Below, one piece after another: positions 45,267 through 51,546 of a stretch of DNA of 64,000 nt; position 1 is the stretch's first letter, and every line of letters begins with the position of its first letter. The DNA is from a virus. Where the stretch lies: the IMG/VR virus record IMGVR_UViG_3300032294_001558; one strand, 5' to 3'. Below the pieces are notes generated by a model. The model worked only from the letters and a program-made list of their open reading frames with translations, had not been told where the DNA came from and ran no database searches. A program made the position numbers and the translations under genes.

Positions 45267-45466
45267 CCGCGCTTTTAGTGTTCGCAAGGTGTACTAGCTT
45301 TCGCCATCCGGGCGGTGTGTGAGCACTACCCGGATGCATGTACATGAATTGTTAGAGAGCGTCGGCCCGAGCGTCGGGCCGGTAGGTGAAGACTTTCTCC
45401 ACCTACAAATACATTATACCATAGATGCGTCTTTATGTCAAGTGGTTCACTGCCGCGCATTCACGG

Positions 45467-45574
45467 CCGGAGCCGTCATCTACGATGACCGCCCCGGAGC
45501 CGTCATCTACGATGACCGCCCCGGAGCCGTCATCTACGATGACCGCCCCGGAGCCGTCATCTACGATGACCGCC
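45467..45574. repeat. 4 x 27-bp perfect tandem iterons, each with the inverted repeat GTCATC-TAC-GATGAC
   Basis: The unit ccggagccgtcatctacgatgaccgcc starts at 45467, 45494, 45521 and 45548. The last unit overlaps the stop of the 379-aa ORF. Confidence 0.9.
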
Positions 45575-46700
45575 CCTTGCGAAGATTTTCTAGTGCTTTC
45601 TCGCCCTTTGAGTTCATGTTCCCCTTTGCCCGCGTATTCTTAAACCATTCATCGGCAGCGTACAGGATACCTACGTCCGTTATATAGGGTAGTACTCGGT
45701 CCACTACGTATCTACCTTCGCTGATGATCCTGCCTAGCTTAGTCATGAACAGCACATTCCCGGTGCGATACGGTTCATGCACTCTGTAGCGACCGATTCG
45801 CGGGCTTTTGGTTGATTGTCCTTCGGCGTGCCCCCATTCGATAGGCAGATCGGTGACTGGGCAGCGGGTGGGGAACCCGCCGGGATCGGATGTCGCTAGG
45901 TCGTCGATCTTAAATTTGGCACCTGACACGGACACCCCCCCGGGGGTCTTGCGATGCTGTGCCGTGCGGAACACGGCGACCACATTCTTTACTTCTTGCA
46001 TGCGTGGATCGGTACGGGCAAACTCATACGCAGCGCGGGGGCTTTTGGTCTTGCTATTCGGCACGTCGCTATCTTCTAGCTTGATGCCTTGGTACTTGTT
46101 AAGCAGGTTGACTAGCACCGGCACCGGGATGCCGATACGGCACGCGGCTACCTTCAGCACGGCGAGGGCGCGGGAGGACTTCGCAGCGAGTCTGTCTTCG
46201 ACGGCAGCTATGGCGTCGGGGGGGCTGGGCCTCGCGAGCAGTCGGGGGGTCGTTATGTTGCAGGCAAGCTCGGCTAGGGTCTCGGGCAGGGGGGCGGTTA
46301 ACTGATGGGTAACCCGGTCGGTTACGGTGGGGCGGCCGTGCGGATCGTATGTGATGAGAAAGGGGTCGGCGTCGGGGGCTATGGCAGCGGTGGCGGCGAG
46401 GGCGTCTAGGAATACGGTGGGGTGGCCGTGGGGGTCGGTGAGGGGCACGACGTACTTATCGAAGACTAGCGCACGGGAGCGGCCCGCCTTGAGGGTGGGC
46501 ACGGGGAGGTTCCAGCGTAGCGAGGGGTTGAGCAGGTTGGGGCGGAAGAGGAAGAGAGGGCGCGCGGGGGCGGCGGGGGCGGCGGGGGCGGCGGGGGCGG
46601 CGGGGGCGGCGGGGGCGGCGGGGGCGGCGGGGCTGAGGTAGACGAGGCGGGGGAGCAGGGTGGGGGCGGGGTACTTGAGGGGCGGCATAGGGTTAACCAT
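45561..46700 (-). CDS. hypothetical early protein (379 aa) with an (Ala-Ala-Pro)7 tract
   Basis: First long ORF of the leftward gene string. No convincing RBS, so the start is uncertain. The C-terminal half looks globular. Confidence 0.5.
   Translation of the reverse strand: MVNPMPPLKYPAPTLLPRLVYLSPAAPAAPAAPAAPAAPAAPAAPARPLFLFRPNLLNPSLRWNLPVPTLKAGRSRALVFDKYVVPLTDPHGHPTVFLDALAATAAIAPDADPFLITYDPHGRPTVTDRVTHQLTAPLPETLAELACNITTPRLLARPSPPDAIAAVEDRLAAKSSRALAVLKVAACRIGIPVPVLVNLLNKYQGIKLEDSDVPNSKTKSPRAAYEFARTDPRMQEVKNVVAVFRTAQHRKTPGGVSVSGAKFKIDDLATSDPGGFPTRCPVTDLPIEWGHAEGQSTKSPRIGRYRVHEPYRTGNVLFMTKLGRIISEGRYVVDRVLPYITDVGILYAADEWFKNTRAKGNMNSKGEKALENLRKGRSS
46566..46628. repeat. 7 x 9-bp microsatellite (gggggcggc), encoding (AAP)7 on the - strand
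   Basis: Counted directly in the sequence. Confidence 0.9.
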
Positions 46701-46849
46701 TAGAGTTTGGGGAACGGAGAATTGTATAAGAGCCGGAGCGGGAGTAAGGGCAGGGATTATATGTTTTCTTGGGGCGCGGGGCCGGGGCAGGGCGCTCGGG
46801 CTAGGATTTTTGGAAAAGATGAATGTATATACCGCCGGGACTGCGTAGG

Positions 46850-47160
46850 CGCTACCTAAAAAACGGAAACCTTTTTTAGTGAAATAATCTCGGGTGTAAG
46901 GGTTAAGGTTCTGCTCCGTTTCTTATACAATCTTGGAATTGTTCCGGCTTTTTATTGTCCGTTCCGTTACCGTTCTCAATAAGTTATATAGACTTCAAAA
47001 CTCGGGTGAACCCTAAGTGCGGTATAGAAAGTGGTCCCTTACGGGTTTCTACGGATCACCCTTAGAGCTTGGTTTTATATACATCACTTAGGGTTTCTAT
47101 CTATTTTTAAACCTATATAATATATCAAGAACGAAAACGGAACGTTTGGAACGGGGGCTG
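46850..47160. promoter_or_regulatory. AT-rich non-coding hub (candidate origin and/or early promoter region)
   Basis: Sharp drop in GC. Roughly 10 copies of AACGG/CCGTT, including tccgttccgttaccgttc and gaacgaaaacggaacgtttggaacgg. Repeated TAAGGGT/ACCCTTA. ATTGTATAAGA at about 46713, with its reverse complement at about 46921. Confidence 0.5.
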
Positions 47161-47216
47161 CCCGACTTGCCACGCCCTGCCCGGCCCTGCTTGGGGATCG
47201 GGTGTCACGGTGCCCG

Positions 47217-47235
47217 GGTTACCCGCCGGGTAACC
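47217..47235. promoter_or_regulatory. operator-like palindrome GGTTACCCG-C-CGGGTAACC (perfect 9-bp arms)
   Basis: Lies between the AT-rich hub and the terminator of the 184-aa gene. Confidence 0.5.
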
Positions 47236-47308
47236 GCCCCCTATGCGCGCCGCGCTTGCGTGCTGGCGTGCCGCTCGCGTGCTCTTGACACCCGGTCCCG
47301 ACCGGGCG

Positions 47309-47332
47309 AAAAAAAGCCCCGCAGCGCGGGGC
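47309..47332 (-). terminator. rho-independent terminator of the 184-aa gene
   Basis: On the - strand: GCCCCGC-GCT-GCGGGGC followed by TTTTTTT, 21 nt after the stop. Confidence 0.7.
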
Positions 47333-47352
47333 TGCGGGGCTGCGGGCCAAGA

Positions 47353-47907
47353 TTACTTCGCGTTACGCTTCAGCAGCGCGAGCATGCGAGCGGCGCTTTC
47401 CTGGAAGGCAACGATATCTTCGGAGGGCCAAGCCTTCCGGCCCGGTACCTTTGCCCGCATCGCCTCCAAAGCCTGCGCCCATGCGCTATCGATATTCTGC
47501 AACCCTTCGGGCTTCGTCTCGGGCTTCGTCTCGGGCTTCGCCGCGGGCTTACCCTTCGGGCGCCCGGCTCCGGCTCCGGGCTTCGGCCCCGTTGCCTTGC
47601 GGATCAGGGCAACCGTGGCATTGATCCCCCCGCCGCTTTCCGCGGCGGAATCCACCAGAATACTGAAGTCGCACTCCAGCATGCGCCTGACTTTCGAGAG
47701 TTTCACTTTTGCCGATGCTGCGTCCATATCCCCCGCGGCAACCCGGGCGGCGATCCCTTCGGTCACGGCTTCCACCGCGGCTTCGGGGTCGTAGTTGTCT
47801 CCCGCGGCTTCGCGCTGCTCAATGATGGTTGCAACCAAGGAAGCCCCGGCCACGGCAAGCGCGGCGATGCCTTCAACAATCGGGGCGGCGTTGAACTTCT
47901 GCGACAT
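47353..47907 (-). CDS. hypothetical protein (184 aa) with an AT-hook-like GRPKGKP segment
   Basis: Isolated monocistronic unit with its own terminator. Contains GAGAGRPKGKPAAKPETKPETKPEG. The + strand ORF 47146..47955 is its antisense shadow. Confidence 0.55.
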   Translation of the reverse strand: MSQKFNAAPIVEGIAALAVAGASLVATIIEQREAAGDNYDPEAAVEAVTEGIAARVAAGDMDAASAKVKLSKVRRMLECDFSILVDSAAESGGGINATVALIRKATGPKPGAGAGRPKGKPAAKPETKPETKPEGLQNIDSAWAQALEAMRAKVPGRKAWPSEDIVAFQESAARMLALLKRNAK

Positions 47908-47952
47908 GGTATAACTCCGTTAGTGTCGCGCCGGAATCAGTCCGGTACTGTA

Positions 47953-47971
47953 TAGGTGTATCGTACACCTA
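47953..47971. promoter_or_regulatory. inverted repeat TAGGTGTA-TCG-TACACCTA in the divergent control region
   Basis: Perfect 8-bp arms, 46 nt upstream of the 184-aa gene start. Confidence 0.45.
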
Positions 47972-47996
47972 CACTCTAGGGAAACGCGTGTTTTTT

Positions 47997-48014
47997 AGTT
48001 ATCCGCGGGTAACT
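47997..48014. promoter_or_regulatory. operator-like palindrome AGTTATCCG/CGGGTAACT (family variant, no central base)
   Basis: Lies in the divergent region between 47907 (-) and 48290 (+). Confidence 0.4.
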
Positions 48015-48289
48015 CACCCGCCCCGGACCCCCCTTGTATGCGTTGGGACTCCGGCGTCGCGCTTCGCGCTGTATTCCGCACAAACAATCCCCACGCGCAA
48101 AACGGCGCAACCAAAACTAGCAAGCGAAACATACGACGGGGCGCGCAAACAAAACCAACAACGGCAGGGTGAACAAAAATAAACTGCGCACAACCAGCCC
48201 CACCCCCCGTAAATACAGAACCCCCCCCCGGGGGAGGAGTCTCAAAATCCCCCTTGCAGGGCATAAAAATTCCGTATAGGATGAGGTGC

Positions 48290-48907
48290 ATGATCGATTG
48301 CAACGCCGAATCGTTCGTCCCCCTGCCGACCCGAGTCTCGCTGCCAACGCTCACATACGAAGAGCTACGCAGGCGGGCCAAGGCTGCCTGTAACGCGGCC
48401 CTGCTTCTTCAGGCGGAGGGCTGCGAAGACCAACCGGACATCGAGTTTGTGCAAACTATCGCCCACAACGCTCTTCGTAAAGCTGCCGAAGGTAAAGATA
48501 TCGTGGCGGCAGAAGCAGCATCAGCCATGAGTACGCCCGAAGGCGCCCTATACGTCGAGCAAATCCTGTCCGCTTACGACATGGAAATAGTGCATGACGC
48601 TAAACGCCTGCGCAATTTTGTAACTAATAAGCTGGTTGTAGAGTCCGAAAATATGGACGCGCGCATTCGTATGAAGGCGCTGGAGCTACTTGGCAAAATT
48701 AGTAACGTCGGATTGTTTACCGACCGTACCGAAATCACTGTTAACAACCGCTCTACAGTAGAACTCGAAGAGTCTTTGCGAGATAAGATCCGTAAACTGG
48801 TAGATAAGCAAAACGTAGAAGATGCGAAAATTCTGATGCCTACTATCAAGAACACTCAGCTTCAGCCGGACAAAATCCCAGATGTGCGGCAGATTTTGGG
48901 TGGCTAA
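48290..48907 (+). CDS. terminase small subunit
   Basis: ARIRMKALELLGKISNVGLFTDR resembles the TerS C-terminal pattern. Directly upstream of TerL. ATG at 48290 after GAGGTG; the ORF track's longer form starts at 48254. Confidence 0.6.
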   Translation: MIDCNAESFVPLPTRVSLPTLTYEELRRRAKAACNAALLLQAEGCEDQPDIEFVQTIAHNALRKAAEGKDIVAAEAASAMSTPEGALYVEQILSAYDMEIVHDAKRLRNFVTNKLVVESENMDARIRMKALELLGKISNVGLFTDRTEITVNNRSTVELEESLRDKIRKLVDKQNVEDAKILMPTIKNTQLQPDKIPDVRQILGG

Positions 48908-48909
48908 AT

Positions 48910-51537
48910 ATGGACCAGATGGAGTTGGAAGCCCTGGCTGCCAACATCAGCCAGTTTTCTCCCGAAGAACAGGCCCAGATCGTAGCGATTATTGAAGAAC
49001 TAGAGCGTCGTAATAACGCAAAACTGTGCCAAACTAGTCTTATTGAGTTCTGTAAGCACATGGACCCTACGTATATCGTAGCTCCGCACCATAAAAAACT
49101 AGCAGAACTTCTAACTCAGGTGGCTTTTGGTATCGAAGATCGTATTGCGGTGTCAATTCCGCCGCGGCACGGAAAACTTTGCGCTGATAGCACACCAGTA
49201 CCAACGCCGTCAGGTTGGAAGACACATGGTGAGCTTAAAGTGGGGGACTACGTATATGGCCCCGATGGTAAACCCACTAAGATTCTAGCTGTGTCGGAAA
49301 AAGGTGTAGCAGACGTGGTTTTTGCTATGTCTAATGGAGACAAGATCAAGGTTCACCGCAACCACGAATGGACGCTGTATTACAAACCTACTAAGACTTG
49401 GCGCACCTACGAGTCTAGTGAATTCAGCGAGCCTATGAAAGATCCGCGGGGTCAAGGCAGAATACGTGCGTTATGGTCGGGGCAATGCGGCGAAAGAGGC
49501 TCTAAAGCGCTATATGCACTCCCTAAGACGCATGCGCTTGAGTACGAAGAAAAAAATGTACCCCTCGATCCCTACCTGTTAGGCGTATGGCTTGGTGACG
49601 GCACTGCTGGTAAGGTATGTATCACCATGTCTGCAGAAGACATGGCCGTTGTTGCGCCGTGCTTTGAGCAACACGGGTTTAACGAAACCGCTAGAAGTGT
49701 TCACTCTGCATCCGGAATCCCGACAGTGAGCTTCGCTGCTTCAGAAGAAGCAGGGTACAATAAGATATCTAGACTACGCACTGCTCTAGAAGCTGCCGGC
49801 ACATACTACGTAAAACGCATCCCAAATATGTATAAACTGGGCAGCGTCGAGCAGCGTAAAAAACTATTAGCTGGGCTGATTGACACTGATGGGCACGTAG
49901 ATAAGGGTACTGGTAGGGTACGGATCGTCACTGTGTCTAAGGATCTAGCAAAAGACATCCACGAAGTCGCTACATCATTGGGTTTTCGCCCATACGTTAC
50001 CGAACAGCAGCCCACACTGTCTAGTTCTGGCATTCAAGGGAGGCAAGTCGTCTATACGGTAGGGTTCCAACCCAATAGTCCGGTGCCTACCATGCTGGAC
50101 AGAAAGAAGATCACAGGACCGTTCAAAGAACCATACTTAGATACTGTTAATAATGTCTACGTTACGGAAGAGAAAGAACTCGGCCACTGCATTCAAGTAG
50201 AACGGGAGGACGGACTGTACGTTGTTGGGAAGAATTTGACGGTAACGCACAACTCGCACCTAATTAGCACCCTTTTCCCCGCTTGGTTTTTGGGGCGTTT
50301 TCCAGACAAAAAGGTTCTAATGGTGTCGCATACTGGCGACTTGGCAGTAGATTTTGGCCGGAAGGTGCGAAATATCATCGCAGATCCGCGTTACGCTAGT
50401 ATTTTTCCGGGGGTTACGCTGGCTGCCGACTCAAAAAGTGCGGGCAGATGGTCAACCAGTTACGGGGGGGAGTTCTATGCATGCGGAGTAGGCGCAGCTT
50501 TGGCTGGGCGGGGGGCCGACCTCCTGTTGGTGGACGACCCGCATTCGGAACAGGATCTGTTATCGGGTAATTTTGACGAGCTAGAGAAGGCATATCAGTG
50601 GTTTGCGTTTGGTGCCCGTACGCGCCTCATGTCAGGGGGGCGGATTGCTGTGGTCCACACCCGATGGCACGAGTCGGATCTGATTGGGCACCTAATTAAG
50701 GACGGAGCAAACAACCCCAAAGCAGACCAGTACAAGATTTTTGAGTTTCCAGCCATAATTACGACCAAAACAACCACTCCTGAAGGTGAAGAGAGGGTGG
50801 TTGAAAAGGCGTTGTGGCCTGAGAAGTTCGATTTAGAGGCCCTTGCACGTACAAAGGCGTCGATGCCAGCGTTCCAGTGGAACGCGCAGTACATGCAGAA
50901 TCCCACGGGGGAGCAAGGTGCCATCATCCAGCGCGACTGGTGGCGTTCGTGGAAGAAAGAAGATCCCCCCAAGTGCGAGTACGTTATAATGGCACTCGAT
51001 GCAGCGGCTGAGAAGACAAATCGCGCCGACTACACTGCTATACTGACTTTTGGTGTCTTTTCTGACGACGAACTTACTGACGGAAACCCGCATATCATAC
51101 TTTTAAACGCCATAAACGTCCGCGTAGAGTTCCCAGAACTCAAAGATTTGGCGATTCAAGAGTGGAAAGAGTGGGAGCCTGACGCATTTATTGTGGAAAA
51201 AAAGTCTAGCGGCATTCCGTTATACCAAGAACTGCGCCGTATGGGCATCCCAGTGCAAGAGTTCACGCCTAATAGGGGTACTGGGGATAAAATTGCTCGT
51301 TTGAACGCCGTTGCTGATATTATTCGCTCTGGCATGGTTTGGTACCCAGAAGGTCGCCGTTGGGCTGAAGAAGTGATTGAGCAGTCGGTTGCCTTCCCGT
51401 ACGGGACGCATGACGATTTAGTCGATTGTTTGTCGATGGTCCTATCCCGCTACCGTCAAGGTGGGTTCATAACCCTCCCGTCCGACTACCGCGATCCCGA
51501 ATACCTAAATCGACCCCGCAGGGCGGCGTATTACTAA
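48910..51537 (+). CDS. terminase large subunit precursor containing an intein
   Basis: P-loop PPRHGK is interrupted. Downstream are DLLLVDDPHSE (Walker B-like) and a nuclease half (IMALDAA.., GTHDDLVD). Confidence 0.85.
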   Translation: MDQMELEALAANISQFSPEEQAQIVAIIEELERRNNAKLCQTSLIEFCKHMDPTYIVAPHHKKLAELLTQVAFGIEDRIAVSIPPRHGKLCADSTPVPTPSGWKTHGELKVGDYVYGPDGKPTKILAVSEKGVADVVFAMSNGDKIKVHRNHEWTLYYKPTKTWRTYESSEFSEPMKDPRGQGRIRALWSGQCGERGSKALYALPKTHALEYEEKNVPLDPYLLGVWLGDGTAGKVCITMSAEDMAVVAPCFEQHGFNETARSVHSASGIPTVSFAASEEAGYNKISRLRTALEAAGTYYVKRIPNMYKLGSVEQRKKLLAGLIDTDGHVDKGTGRVRIVTVSKDLAKDIHEVATSLGFRPYVTEQQPTLSSSGIQGRQVVYTVGFQPNSPVPTMLDRKKITGPFKEPYLDTVNNVYVTEEKELGHCIQVEREDGLYVVGKNLTVTHNSHLISTLFPAWFLGRFPDKKVLMVSHTGDLAVDFGRKVRNIIADPRYASIFPGVTLAADSKSAGRWSTSYGGEFYACGVGAALAGRGADLLLVDDPHSEQDLLSGNFDELEKAYQWFAFGARTRLMSGGRIAVVHTRWHESDLIGHLIKDGANNPKADQYKIFEFPAIITTKTTTPEGEERVVEKALWPEKFDLEALARTKASMPAFQWNAQYMQNPTGEQGAIIQRDWWRSWKKEDPPKCEYVIMALDAAAEKTNRADYTAILTFGVFSDDELTDGNPHIILLNAINVRVEFPELKDLAIQEWKEWEPDAFIVEKKSSGIPLYQELRRMGIPVQEFTPNRGTGDKIARLNAVADIIRSGMVWYPEGRRWAEEVIEQSVAFPYGTHDDLVDCLSMVLSRYRQGGFITLPSDYRDPEYLNRPRRAAYY
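49180..50253 (+). mobile_element. intein (358 aa) with an in-frame LAGLIDADG homing endonuclease
   Basis: Cys1 TGC at 49180 (CADSTPVPTPSGW). LAGLIDADG motifs LLGVWLGDGT and LLAGLIDTDGHV. Ends ..NLTVTHN (AAC at 50251-50253), then Ser+1. Confidence 0.85.
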
Positions 51538-51546
51538 GGAAACGCA

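Noticed and set aside
45319-45687. The 122-aa + strand ORF that translates the iterons as (PGAVIYDDR)4.
   Set aside because: The frame is created by the 27-bp repeat itself. It has no RBS, runs against the local transcription direction and overlaps the end of the 379-aa gene. A DNA-level iteron is the simpler reading.
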